A stretch of 63,532 nt of DNA, counting the filler, from Phoronis australis (Eukaryota > Animalia > Phoronida): NCBI GenBank assembly GCA_002633005.1. It is 7 parts of 7 records of this genome, joined end to end, with 100 filler letters (N's around TTAATTAATTAA, not from the genome) between each part and the next. Parts side by side here need not be neighbours in the genome. Positions count along the whole stretch, not along the records: positions 1 to 27,989 come from NMRA01000099.1; positions 28,090 to 31,724 come from NMRA01002929.1; positions 31,825 to 43,192 come from NMRA01001697.1; 4 more parts are not named here. One strand, 5' to 3'. Position numbers and translations under genes: made by a program. Positions 25,461-38,830 of the stretch are shown in pieces; the stretch's first letter is position 1; each line of letters starts with the position of its first letter. The notes under the pieces are model-generated. The model searched no databases. It saw nothing but the letters and a program-made list of their open reading frames with translations, and was not told the DNA's origin.

Positions 25461-26197
25461 ATAACGGACATAAGGAGTGGAATCATGAGCTGTTATTCAA
25501 CAAGAACAATGATCACAGACACTAAACAGCCAAGGTCATCTATCCCACACATCAGACATAACATTTTAAACTTAATTACAGTGCCATTCTTCTGCCTCTC
25601 CACTGTACTTAAATGTCATATGATTGGCAATTCATGAACAGCAGCACCTAGAGAAAATTTAAGGAGGGTGCAGGGAGCATAAATCTTCACTTCTGATTAT
25701 GATCAATAAAAACGACTGCGAAATAAAGTTCGTTTTCCTGACCAGTGCATGGCAACAAAGTGACTTCTAGCTGAATCCAGCAAGTCACTTGTTCACTAGG
25801 CAGTTATTAAAACCTGAATATTACGTACTGCTGTACAAATATGTGTCTCACGCTTTGAAAACAAGAAGAAATCTACAGCCTGTTGCCAATGACAACCAAT
25901 GTTGTAAAATCTCTTTTTTCATTGAGATTACACCATGTATAATATAATGAGAAATGCTTCCATTGCTTCATGAGGTTGCATGGCTATCTCTGATCTGTGA
26001 CTAATGCAGTTCTAAAAGAATGAGAAGACATTTGTTTACTAGAACAATATGAAATTACAGTACTTTTGGCTGCTACTCCTTCGTGTTATCAAAACATGAT
26101 TTTATATGATACATGTCTTGGTTTGCTGTAATTATAGTTTTTGCACATAAATTATTTTGAGCTTGGTGAGAAAGAAATCGAATTACAAAGAAAAAAT

Positions 26198-26467
26198 TAT
26201 TAGCTCAACTCAAAGCTCGCATCTGCAGCAAACTGAACTGAGAGGATTTTGCCTGACGAGACAGTGAGGCGTATGTCTCCACAGCAGGACTTCTTTCATC
26301 TAACGTGCGTTAAATCTTCCCAATCTTTAACTGATTGTCTTTAGCAGCCAATCAAAATTAATAACTGCACCCCTCACAGCAACAAATCTCTCTCCTTGGC
26401 TCATTCTAACTGTGTGTACATTTACACTGATTACAATGAACGTTACGAATTGTTTATTGAGCACTTT
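26198..26467. repeat. ~270-bp diverged direct repeat, copy 2 (cut by a HINE-like element)
   Basis: Colinear with 24306-24577. Confidence 0.85.
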
Positions 26468-27192
26468 GAAAATACATTGAGGACCTTTGAAGATACAGAG
26501 GTAAACGTAAAAAATAAAATTGCCACTAGGTGGCACACCAGTACTCAGATCTGTTCGAAAGTCGTCGTCGTTCGTGGTTAACATCATATAAATATACTTA
26601 CTAAATTTCGTAAAGATCCTGCAAACGGTTTAGGAGATACAGCCATAGGTGCAAAAAAACAAAACTACCACTAGGAGGCGCCACAGTAGTCGACGTCGTC
26701 AAAAAATCATCGTTAGACGAGACGTCCACTTCATAGTAAGAACATACATGCCAATTTTCACAATCATCCTTTGAGCCGTTTGGTTGATTATGGGGTGGAC
26801 GCAAAGAACAGACGCAATAAAAACGCCCACTAGTTGGCGCAAACTACGTCGAATCCATTCAAAAAAGGAAGGATAGCGTCATCTCACTAATAGGTGCCTA
26901 CATACCAAATTTCATGAAAATCTGTGAAGGACTTTTGAAGATACAAAGGTAAAAAACAAAAATTGCCACTAGGGGACACACCGGTAGTCGGATCTGTTCC
27001 AAAGTTCGCTCATGCCATCCCATTTGTGAAAGGAACATATGTGCCAAATTTCATGAACATGTGTTAAAGGGTTTTGGAGATAGAGCAGCAGACGCCGGAC
27101 ACCGAACGGACAGACGCCGCACAGATGGACGGACGTACTGGCAGAGATGACGGCATAATGCGTCCACATATAAATATGTGGGCGCACAAAAA
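26467..27192 (+). mobile_element. 5'-truncated HINE-like element, 4 monomer anchors
   Basis: Same monomers and GGAC microsatellite as 20351-21261; terminal hairpin TGCGTCCACATA-TAAA-TATGTGGGCGCA. Confidence 0.75.
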
Positions 27193-27989
27193 TGTATACT
27201 TTTGCCGAGTTAAATGTAATTGTTTTGTAAATATTTGGCAAAATGTTCAGACTTTTCGATAAGGTCCTACGTAACCTTATCAAAGTGCAAAGGTGTGCAA
27301 GAATTGCACTTAGTGCAAGATGAATGATCAAAATAAAACTGTTACAGGCCCGTAGGAAGGAAAAAATTATTGGGAGGGCACAAACCAATTTGACTTCGCC
27401 AACCTACCCCCTTGCTATCGTCACGGCCCCCCTCCGTTCTCTGGATGTCACCATATTTGTACCGAACCCCACTAATAGGCTAATACCAGGGATACAGCCA
27501 TCAGTATTTGAGTAACCGTGAACCAACAAACCAACAAAGATTCACGGAGAGTAAGAATGCGTCTAGGCCCCGAGCGCACTGACGGGTAGCTGGGAGCTGC
27601 CTGAAGTAACTATAGCTGGGTCGAAGGTCAAGGTTGCTTTTATTATGACCCATAATCGGGAAAACTTCATTTTATTATGGGGATTCTTTGAAGTAACTTT
27701 TGGAAAAGTGATGTCCCAAGGTGCCTGGTATGAGTGCTTTTGTGGCCGTTTCAGAATCCCTTGATGAAACACTGGCGGTAGTCCAGTTACTGGTTGCTGG
27801 GGAAAATGATACAGAGTGTGTCCCAAAAATGTACATACTTCAACGTCTGGGGTTCAAATTCAGTTCGAGTGGGTAACTAAGATTCTAAGCACGCCTATTG
27901 CATGGTTACACCTTATTTTTAACGTGGATGTGCCTGTCATAACGTTCTCCATGCATGCGCGCACCTGAGGGGGGGCTCGGGGGGGCTCG

Positions 27990-28089
27990 NNNNNNNNNNN
28001 NNNNNNNNNNNNNNNNNNNNNNNNNNNNNNNNNTTAATTAATTAANNNNNNNNNNNNNNNNNNNNNNNNNNNNNNNNNNNNNNNNNNNN
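27990..28089. other. Artificial contig linker (N44-TTAATTAATTAA-N44)
   Basis: Identical 100-bp linkers also at 31725-31824, 43193-43292, 50017-50116, 54387-54486 and 59985-60084. Confidence 0.98.
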
Positions 28090-31000
28090 ACGTCGCACGA
28101 TTCTTTAACGCGGCCAAACAGTATCGCCTGCAGAAAAGATACAGTTTACGAAAATTTTAGTTGCCGTTTTTTCAAAGCTAATATGTCTCAACTGGTTTTA
28201 TTTTTTACATGACTCATGAATATGACTTGCGAAGGCTGTCGTCATGTCTGAAGTAAAGTTATCAAATTTATATCGCTTGTAACGTTTTGCTCTTCTAAAA
28301 TATCCCAACGCCGCTGTCTTAGCTGCGGCTCAAAATCTAACATTTTTTAAAGTGGGCGTGATCATGGGCCGTCATCTAATCTCAAAGCGTTCGAAATCCT
28401 TTTCTGGCATTTTCAGGGTTAGGAGGATTTGGGGAAAAGTGTAAGGTTTGCAAATTCGTGATCTTTGTGAGCGATCCAATACTGGAGTTTGTTACATGAA
28501 AAGTTACGGAGGACTACTGAGACAGAAACTTGTCCTTACGTTCCTCACAACTATTTCTGAAAAATAATTAAAAATCAGTTTACGAAAAAAAAAACAACAG
28601 AATATCTGTCAATGTGCAAACAACTCCTACCTACAGAGAAAACGTGTTCAAATGTGATAATAGTTACATAACTAGACTTTTATTAAGTAAGTACATATGA
28701 AGTGTGGGCGAAATACCAATCTCTATTTTAAACCTTAAGTCACTTTCACGGAACCCTGGTTGAGGAGATGAGCTCTGTTAATTCATTACTTTTAAAAACA
28801 GCTACTTTAATTCCTGTTTGCATTACCAACGTCATATCAGATCACAAAAATCTGGGTCCATTTCCACTGGCGAGGTTTTACTTTCTGGATGATAACATTT
28901 TGTTTCAGAGGTCACAAACAACATCTAATGCATTTAGGGGTCAAACACGCTTTAGAAAATCCCAGGGCTTTCCATTTCATCCAATCGCATCACATCTGAG
29001 TTTTACGATTAATAGTCTTAATTATTACATTTCTCGATTTCACGTTTAATGAGAACGGAAGGGAAACGCCATCTTTGTATGAAACAAATTGACGTTATTT
29101 TCACCAAAATGTGGGTATTCAGATTAAAACATACGAAGGGAGGTTTCATGTGTTCAGGATACTGGACCGAACAATATAAGATGAAGCTGATGAAAGCTGT
29201 TGACGATGGAAGTTCTTGAACTTCATTTAAACGTCTTTTCCCTGTACCGATAAGAAAATTAGTAGTTTTGCTATCGATATTTTACATTAAGTTTTCATAC
29301 TATAGGCGTGCCAATGTGCTGTTCAGCATAACGTAACTATATCGATGGAACATTATATCAAAATGTCAAAAGTGATACTCATACCTGACAAGGAAATCCA
29401 ATCATAATCATTGTCATGATTATTAAATAGCTGTATTATCATGAAATATGATTTTTTCTATTATTAACAAAACCTTTTTCACGAAGGTAATTACCATGTC
29501 CCCGACTTGGCAAGTCACTGATAATTTAACTGAAAAACTAAAAAACAATACCTTTACTACACCAGTTACAAGTATCTGTTGATGTGTTATGTGCAAAATT
29601 AAATTTGACGCGTTTGCAAAATTACAAGGTATTTGAATACAAGAGCAAAATACCATCTTCATTCAAACGACACTGCTACAAATCCTCTGACGAGTGCGTT
29701 TATAAAATTGTGCGCTGAGAGTGCCACCTGGAGGGTTGCCCGTCACGATCGTATTGTTGGCACTATATAGATATTACCCTCTGACACAGCGCCACCTATA
29801 CTGAAAAGTGCCCCTGTGGAAACGTGATGGACGACACACGGAATTCCGTGTGTGGGCATCAATGCGCAGGCCTTGGTCGAAGGTATACAGATTACTTCGC
29901 CACCACTTGCAGACGCCTTTATGCACTGTTTGAGCGTAAGCCACTGGATAGGGGTTCCCTTGATTTTGTGTACTTTGATCACTGCCCGTTATAATAAATT
30001 GCAGCCATTCAAGTCAGATGTGATCGCCATACTACGTACGTGTAAGAGTAAACTGAAAGGGGTTTCCCAGATTCAACCAATGGGAATGACTGAATGTTAT
30101 GACCTCGGTTTCATTATTTTACCAATGAGAAGCCATTTTAAACAACCTGCCACAGTGCTACCTTTCGTAGCGCTGTGAAAGCAATAGATGTTCATCATTA
30201 TGAAACTTCCGCTCGGCAAGCACGCAGTCGTGAACTAAAATATTTTTTTATTGGATTGCCTTCCTTATTTGAAAACTTGCTAGTTTGAACAGTCTGTTTT
30301 TACTTACATTTGCATTTTAAATAGTCTGCAAAATATAAATTAAAAACCGTTCGTTATTTTTGGTAGTCTGTCTTTAGTCAATTACTCGGAGTCTAGCAAC
30401 TTCTTAATGCCTCTAACTATCCTGTAAGCAGTACAACGCTGACAGGATAAGGATTGCGTCAGTGCTGCCATATTGCGCTATGATCGTAGCGCATGTGCAA
30501 CACGTTGCTGACGGTCTTCGAGGGCACCAGTGTGATATTGAAAGTAGATTATGGTATGTTTTTGGGGTGACCTTGCCGTGTATCGTCTGAACCGACATTC
30601 ATTGATAAGTTACCTGACGTCATTTTACGATGAATCACCAGCCAAAACCGATCGGAATCGCTCAGTCCCTGCTTGCCTTCCTACAGCAACAAACTTCTCA
30701 AGGCTGCAGCCGCAGCGAAACAGCCGGCGCCCCATCTAGTGGTTTTGTAAGAACGAAACATTGCAAATCTCGGCCATCTTGATAAACCACTGTTACTGTG
30801 CACAACAACAAAAATAAATAGATAAGTTGCGAAAGGTCTATGTGTATACAACTTCGCAGCGTACGACCTAAGGTAAATTGGTTCCGTTGTGTTGTAGTGC
30901 AAAAAATGTCCTCTTGTCGTGTCGCGACAGGGAAACACTCGAAGAAGAGCACAAAATAATTACTCGTTATCTTTTTCAGATCACGATGATAGCTGGTGAG

Positions 31001-31824
31001 ACCATAAAATGCCATATGTCCTCGACGAACCAACGAAAAGGCTGCAAAGATCGAATTTAGTCTTGCCTGTGCTCTTATTTATTTACTTATTTATTTATTT
31101 ATTATTTTTTTCAATATTTGAAATCTTTACTAAAGTTATGAAGGAAGACAATACTCGTCTACATAGGTACCGTGACCGAATTAAGGCTGAGCACACCTGT
31201 TCACCGAATCAACATCAATAGCATAGTATAGTAAGCGAAAGTATGGATTTTCCAGTCTGAAAAGCATAACGACTGTGGCGACGTCTTTTGTAAGCTACAC
31301 GATGTAGTATGTTGAAAAATGGCAAAAATCGAGGGTGCATTGCGCAAAGTAATTTCCTGCTAGCGACGCAAGATTACACAAGTGTTCGCCAGATTTCGTC
31401 ATGTATTACAAACGAAGAACCCGATCAGTTTGTTCGTGTTTTGACGTGACGGAATGCCCTTCGGTTTTGTGATCGAGAATTATAATACATGAGTACTCGC
31501 TAGCTCTGTATGCAGAATCTCACAAAGATCCTGATGCGATTGCCCTTCAGCATGGGCTGCGCGACTCTTCGCGATATCTCACCAAGCATTGCAAGAGAAG
31601 CACTTGGGGCCATGGAACACAACCTTGGTTGACACTTCACAAATTGTTTGTCATTTTGCATTTCTCAGATTTCCTGGTGCGGCGGAAACAATGTCCCGAG
31701 TTTGACCAGAATGCTCAGCAATAGNNNNNNNNNNNNNNNNNNNNNNNNNNNNNNNNNNNNNNNNNNNNTTAATTAATTAANNNNNNNNNNNNNNNNNNNN
31801 NNNNNNNNNNNNNNNNNNNNNNNN

Positions 31825-31907
31825 GCACATTATTTGAAGGTACAGTGTAGCACATTATTTGAAGGTACAGTGTAGCACATTATTTGAAGGTACAGTGTAG
31901 CACATTG
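31825..31907. repeat. 25-bp tandem repeat (GCACATTATTTGAAGGTACAGTGTA), at least 3 copies, at contig edge
   Basis: Directly visible. Confidence 0.95.
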
Positions 31908-31919
31908 TATATGATGTAC

Positions 31920-32086
31920 CTTTCTTGGGGGATCGCTGTACTTTTCGTTTCTTCTTGGTGTTATTTTTGGGTGACTCAGTTGCGACAGTAGTGTTGTTAC
32001 AATTAGTCTGGACAACAGACTGCATATGTCTCAACACTTTGGCTGTCTGTGACCACTCTGTCTGTTCAACCTCCCATGTGTTCAAC
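31920..32086 (-). CDS. NMNAT: Nicotinamide mononucleotide adenylyltransferase, internal exon (LNTWEVEQTEWSQTAKVLRHMQ...KKKRKVQRSPKK)
   Basis: 167 nt with AG/GT; matches the NMNAT WES-Q--W-ET-KVLRH motif; in frame with 33649-33716. Confidence 0.85.
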
Positions 32087-33648
32087 CTGAACAGAACTAA
32101 AGTATTTCAACAAATATTTACTGTAATTCAATATGTTCTACTATATACAGTTACTAATAATAGTAAGAACTTCTCAAGAAATTGGTGTTGTTGAAACTTG
32201 TTTAGCTTCACGAAAGTTATTGAAAAAATCGTAAATAAGAAGAAAGATAATTACAAAGCATTGAACAAAATAACTGAAAACATGTTTCACACTTTAATGA
32301 ACATCACGATCTCATGTGCCTTAACAGGGTTGATTACGCTTACTTCTTTACTTAACAATCAATGGGCAAGCTGAAGTGATCATCACTGAACATAATGCAC
32401 TGACCTTAACTGCATTGCTCAACCATGTTTGAAGGTTGTCAAATTGCATCAAATCCTATCATTCACAGCAGAACAAGGAATAAAAGGAGTGGGTAGTTAG
32501 ATGCTACGTGACAGACGTAAGTTAAATGTGACTACATCCGTCACGAACATCCGTCACACCCATGAAAACAATTTTTCAGCTAATAAAACATGTTTACTGT
32601 CTTGTAGTTGTACTTTGCAGACTTAGACCTAAGAATCTATTACTGAGAGAGCTATAAAATTATAAGTATTAAGAAATAGCAAATGACTTGTATCGTCAGA
32701 TTTTACATTTCTGGCAAAACAAGAACTTGGATCTCACAAACTTTTTAAAGAAATGTTTCAAATAACATTTCTTAATAATCAAAATTATTTTCTGCTGAGC
32801 TTTGAAGAGATTGAACCGGCAATTAGAAATGAGAGAGGGAATTGTTGGAGACCAGGGGAAGAATGTGAATGCCAAACAAATATTTGTCGGGATGTTCTGT
32901 GAAACTTGTGGATCAAGAAATTGGTTAATTGTACCTTGATCATGAACCCTGAGGCGACTTTTATAGTTAACACTTCTCTCTTAATAAAATTTGAAATGAA
33001 GACATGAGTTTAAAAACTGAATGGAAAGCTAATCACTAATATGGACTAGAATCTGACAATGTTATTAGGTCCACCTGTTCCTACATATCAGTCTTTGCAT
33101 TCACACTGCAAGAGAGTAGCTGTGTCTTGGACCAATTTTAATGTCATTGAGTCCATGCTGCTAACCAAACCATGCTCGACTGTTCCTGAGGGTGGGCTTT
33201 AATCTCTTTACTTGAAATAGAACTCATTATTCACTTTTGACATTTTCCATAATTCTACTTTTGCACAAACTTGACATAAGTGTCTATTATTCTGTGCTTG
33301 AGTACATTACGATTAACATCGATATTTTTTTATTCCAAGTTCGCACTTGATGATCCCTAAATTTGAGCTACAAACTTTAGAAAAAACTTGAGATTTTATT
33401 AAGTCAAAACGAGATTTGGAGTGTAGACTTGAACTTAAAGCTTTAATGCTAGGGTTGTCAAGTGAGAACTTGGGCTAATAACTCACCAGGATAAACCATG
33501 AGGTACTTATGAGCAAGTGTACTTTGCACAAATAAAGTAGAATGGAAAATGCAAAAGTAACTTTAGGTTAGATTTTAAATACAAAGGTTAGAGCTGAGAT
33601 CACGTTATGTCTTGCTGCTATCAATACTAATAATACTAATTTAAGTAC

Positions 33649-33716
33649 CTGATCCAGTCTGAGGACTTTAAAGCGAGGCGTAACATTGCGCACCTGTGTG
33701 AAGCACTGGCCAAGTC
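33649..33716 (-). CDS. NMNAT: NMNAT internal exon (DLASASHRCAMLRLALKSSDWIR)
   Basis: 68 nt with TTTTACAG acceptor and GT donor; matches NMNAT L-PA-HR--M--LA---S-W. Confidence 0.85.
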
Positions 33717-33988
33717 CTGTAAAAATAGCCAACATTTACATTTCAAGCAAACAATAGTTGGATCACATTACATTTACAATCATGATTTACAGATAATCCA
33801 TAGTCATGACTTCATGGATAATAATCCAATGTCAATCATTATAATTTCATGATTCGATTACTGCTATGCCCCTAGTGGCAGTTTTAGCTTTTTACACCAG
33901 CCTCCAGATTTAGAATTAGTCCAGGAGGACTAGAGCACATTGAACCAAAATTTAAAACAATATCAAACCCAGTTTTGTCCTATTAACA

Positions 33989-36170
33989 CAGGGCTCGACG
34001 CTATTAAAATCGCCAGGTCGTATTTTGCGACCTAACCAAAATCCCAGGTCGCATTTTCAAAATCCAGCTCGCATTCGTAAATGCCAGGTCGCAAAATTTT
34101 CCCGCCATTTTTACGCGCCAAAATAGATTTTTTAGATCATCTAGAAAATGTTTAGATTATGCTCTTATCTGCAGCGTTAAATACTCACAAATTTCGGATC
34201 TCAAAATTGACTTCATTCATGCAGGTACGGCCTTACTGTTCTTCATGACCGCCATTGAAAGACTCTAGAGCGCAAGGCAAGTTGCCGGCGTGAAAGTTGA
34301 ATCAGTGCTCTCTAACTGACTTGTGCATTGGAGTAGCTAAATTTGCGATGTGAAAAGGGAGAAAATGCCCGTTGAAAAAGTATCCGGGATTTTGTTAGAT
34401 CTGGTCTGCTACTGGCCGTCATCAAAGTCGTTAACGATTCAAACTAACTCGGGTAATCGCGAGTTTGCTCTTCAATACCTTCCAAGTACGGGAAAAATAG
34501 GTCAGTCGCAAAACGACACTCACGTCACTAGTGTTAACTTTCTTTCCGAGGTATAAAACAAAGCTGGGATTTGGTTTTTACATATTGTGAAAAGACGTTT
34601 TTGAAAACTGAAGTTGTGTAAAATGAAAGTGACACACACCATATAAGCTGCGTGTCAATTTTAAACCACACGCGGTCGTTTGTAGTGCGCAATGATGGGC
34701 GCTAGCTTGAACTGTGGGCGCTTAATTGGAAATTCTCAAAATTTAAGGGGGGACTTTTAATAGATCAGTGAGCGCTTATTATGAAACACTTTAAAGGTAG
34801 GGAGTAGGCTTGTGCGTGAGCATAGTCGTTAACCTCAGTGTTTGCGGTAATAAGATATTAAAACGCTGCAATGGTAAGAAACGTTATAATAATACGATTT
34901 TGCGAGGCAAACTCCATCTGGTAGGGGTGACTTTCTGGATATCGTTACCACCTACATTGTACCCTTTTTAGCCACCCGGAATGATTTTTTTAACTGCCCG
35001 CTTCAGCCGGAACAAGGTTGTTTCTATAGGAGTCTGAACATTTTACGGCGAAGGTGGTTCGGGGAGCGAAAAGTTGCCGGGGGGTGTATAAAGAGAAGAA
35101 TGAAAAGTTCGCTAACTTGAACCACAATTTCGCATCTAGTGCCAGTTTAGTTGCAATAGCTGGCTACGGGCATAGAATACAGGGTTTACAGAACATCGAC
35201 CTCGGGAAACATCGGAACAGGATAACGTTAGTTCTGGGTTATATCGGTCCCGGGACATCGGGTCTTTTATAACCGCTGGGAAACTGAGTTCATTTTCAAA
35301 TAAACCAGAGCCAAGCCGGTATACTCTTTCATTTAGGACTGTCGCTGTTCTTTGAAGTGGTGCGCACGCGTGAGTTCACGCACTTGAATCGTTGGAGTAG
35401 GCCTACACTTTACGTTGGCAACAATGTGTGAAAGACAATCATATTTCGCGCACGTAGCCCCAGAAACAAGTAAAGGGTTTGAGAATTTCTTGGCAACTGA
35501 AAGTAAAGACGTGACCGTCGTTTGGCGATTAATAAGGTTGTCATTTTCACTTTGGCTGTCTTAATACGATAAAAGGAGAAGCACATCTCAGTCTAAGTCA
35601 CGATTGTCTGCCGGGACCGCTTGCGCGCTAACGGTGCCGCAGTGCGATATCAGGGATATTGTCGTGGATGTTTGGTACATGTAATAAGGACATCTTATGT
35701 GAAAAATAAGCATTTTTGTCCACCACAAAGTTTGGTAAGTTGATCGCTTAAGAATTAATAGAAACACTGTTGTTTTGTGAAGTGTTATCACGTGTAAGCA
35801 GTGGCCCGAAACTTTCTTCGGCGAATCCGGGAATTTACAAAAGTGGCCGAAAGTGTTAGCCAATGAAACGCGTCAAAGATCGATTCTTCATATCCCATGT
35901 TCACGCGACTTGCTTACAAGTCATCGGGAGGCCTGTTCTCGGTTAGTGTTCTTTTGAACTTGTATTTGGCAACAACCAAATAACGGTCGGATTAACAAGA
36001 GCTGCTTTGTATTTGCCAGGTATCTGTTGAGAAGTGTAAAAACTCAGCTCGCATTCGTTGGAAATTCCAGGTCGCATTTTGCGACTTTATACGAGCTGAC
36101 AAAAATCTCAGCTCGCATTTCCAAATTTCAGGTCGCAAATGCGACCTGCAGCTCGTTATGTCGAGCCCTG
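33989..36170. mobile_element. Non-autonomous hAT-like DNA transposon with 5-bp TSD
   Basis: TIRs CAGGGCTCGAC / GTCGAGCCCTG; TAACA on both sides; subterminal CAGGTCGCA/CAGCTCGCA repeats at both ends; no transposase ORF. Confidence 0.85.
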
Positions 36171-36887
36171 TAACAGATATTAAAAACAACATTCCCATCC
36201 AATTGCCTGAAACAAAATAATGCTCTATAACCCGTGACAACACTCCATAGTTTGAAGGAAGATTTGAGAAGTCTGCAAACAGTGCAAGTGTGATCTACAC
36301 ATTTAGCAAACTGCAAGACAACTGTAGAGAAAAGAACCCATCAAGAACCAATACACAATTTGTGACATAGGGAATATAAGTTTTTAGATGATTCCTGCTA
36401 TTGTCTTTTTGAAGCAAATGATGTATTAGTGAGGATTGGTGAAAATCATCAAAACAGTGTTTGGTAACCTTTTAAGAGTTTTGATTGTTCATGACCTGTA
36501 TGACAGATCATGCACACTGGTCATGGATTATTCAGGCAGGGTTCATGAACTGATTTGTTCACGAACTTCAAAAATAGTTCATGAACAATCAACAAAGTTC
36601 ATGAACTATTTGGGCTTGTTTATGAGCAATGGAATATATTGACAAAACACTCCTGAACTTTAATGAACTTCGTGAACTTTTGTATTAAATTAATGAAACT
36701 AGGACACAATAATTTTAACTTTAGGTGTGAATGGATTGAATAACAGTTATTTAACTATAGACTGAAAGAGGTACAACCTTGTTTAGTAGGCCTGAACACA
36801 GCATAGATTTGACTATATATAGTACCATGATATCAGTGGCACATAAAACTTCAACTTACTCAGTGATTGGTTAACCCTGTGCATATA

Positions 36888-38615
36888 CCGTAATCGTTCG
36901 GGTTAACGCCCATGCTCAGTTAACCGCCCACCCCCTACTTTAGGTGAATTTCGATTTAACCGCCCACTGCTCGGTTAACCGCCCCCCTGCTATTTTTGAA
37001 GATTTCCAATTAACCGCCCACTGCTCGGTTAACCGCCCATCCCCTACTTTTGACGATTGGCGATTACCGCCCTGTGCTAATAGGAAACGCGAATCCCCGA
37101 CCTTTTAGATTAAGATCGATGATAACATTGAGTGCAACGACGGCCTCAGAGACCGCGGTTTAGCAATGTGAATTATGATACCAGTAACAAATTATTGTAA
37201 CGGGTCATCGATTAACTTCAAAATGTAATACTTGAACACTTTGTCACTTTCTTTTCTTCTCATGTTCGCAAACTTTAGGAACCGCGCTGGCGTCTACACC
37301 TCCACTTTCAGCCACAATCTCTGCCGCACTGAGTTATCGACTACAGTGCACTATATAAAAGATGCATTCGAAATAACCAGGTCAGAGAAATGTGACATTG
37401 CTTTTGCCAACCCTCTGAATGCGCTTTAGGTTGTAAGCTCTCGGGATTTTGAAGAATTCCCATAAACCGCGAAAAGTTGATAAATTCTTTATATTTTGGT
37501 GAGTGTAATTGCCGGGTTATCGAGATCCCCGTCTTTCGAGTACTCTCGTCACGGTAATTTCGTCGCATATAGTAAACCGGGGTTACTTACCCGAACAATT
37601 AAGGCTTCGTCTAAGAATTATTTTTACCGAGAATAGATGGTTTCATTTGCTAACAAAAGCTGCGTCTCGCAGTCGAAACGAAAACCGCAACGACGGTTGT
37701 TCAAGGTCGACACTGGAATCGGCCGACTTCTTGTTTGCTAAGTCGACCAGTAAAAACGCGAGTGTAGACAGAAACTCGTGTTTGTGTTTTGCAATGTAAC
37801 TTGGTGGCAATTTTTTGAATGTAGAGTTTGTTAACAAAAAGTTTGTTATTGTATTTAGCCATTGAAAGGCCAGAGTACCGTACATGTCAACTCCACATAC
37901 CGGCAACATAAACAGGCGAATCGACAGTGCATGGCAGCTGAATAGTTGAACCCGATTTCGTGATTGATTATACATTTTTATGCTTTTTGACCATTCAGAC
38001 CAGGAGTACATTCTGTTATCTCGAAATGATTTTGAACTGAAATTCGGAACTGCTGGTAGTCCTTGTCTACGTGACCGTCAGTTAAGTTGTTTATTATGGG
38101 AGTGCACTGATCACAGGAAAAATGGGTCAGCACGTGACCACAACTGGGTTAAAACGACAGCACAGCTACCGTCTGCTACGCAGGTGAACATGTTCAACGT
38201 CTGCGAAGTATAGTGAAATAATGAGCATAATTCGCAATAATCGGTCTCACCTGAGGCGCCATATTATGTAGCAAACTTTCTATGCAAGCGTTCGGAGTTT
38301 GACCACACTCTACATTTTCGAAACTATTTGTTAATTAGAGTGCGCAGAGTACGCACTTGGTGGCGATAAAGTTCTTTTCAAAGTGTTAGGCGATCCCAGT
38401 ATGTGGCTTAGTACGTGTGGTGACTCAGATCATAAGGTAAGATTAACCGCCCAGGGCGGTTGCCGGTCGTAATAAGCGCCCATGTTCAGTTAACCGCCCC
38501 CCCCCCGATTTCTTGAAATTTCACGTTTAAGCGCCCATGTCTGGTTAACCGCCCACCCCCGATTTTTTGGGTTCGCCAATTTAACCGCCCAGGGCGTTAA
38601 CCCGAACGATTACGG
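36888..38615. mobile_element. Non-autonomous Tc1/mariner (Tigger/pogo-like) element
   Basis: Perfect 24-bp TIRs CCGTAATCGTTCGGGTTAACGCCC, TA TSD, multiple subterminal TTAACCGCCC repeats at both ends. Confidence 0.9.
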
Positions 38616-38766
38616 TAAACACAGACTCAATCACACCATTTTTATGTCTTGAATAATAGGCATTGCACTTAGATTCTAAGACAAGGGCAATGCAGAACAG
38701 ATAATGAAAACTGCTGTCAGTGACCAAAATAGGAACGTAAGCCCAGCCGGGTCAAGCATATTGAAT

Positions 38767-38830
38767 GTAAAACCACAGTTGAATCTATATTGAATGTGAA
38801 CATTCAATATAGATTCAACTGTGGTTTTAC
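38767..38830. repeat. Perfect 31-bp inverted repeat with a 2-nt spacer
   Basis: GTAAAACCACAGTTGAATCTATATTGAATGT-GA-ACATTCAATATAGATTCAACTGTGGTTTTAC. Confidence 0.95.

Noticed and set aside
26198-26467. Jacalin-like coding remnant on the minus strand of the direct repeat
   Set aside because: Frames are not preserved between the two copies and the similarity is only impressionistic.
32780-32970. Decayed THAP-domain-like coding remnant on the plus strand
   Set aside because: Only a vague resemblance across several stops; not supportable without an HMM search.
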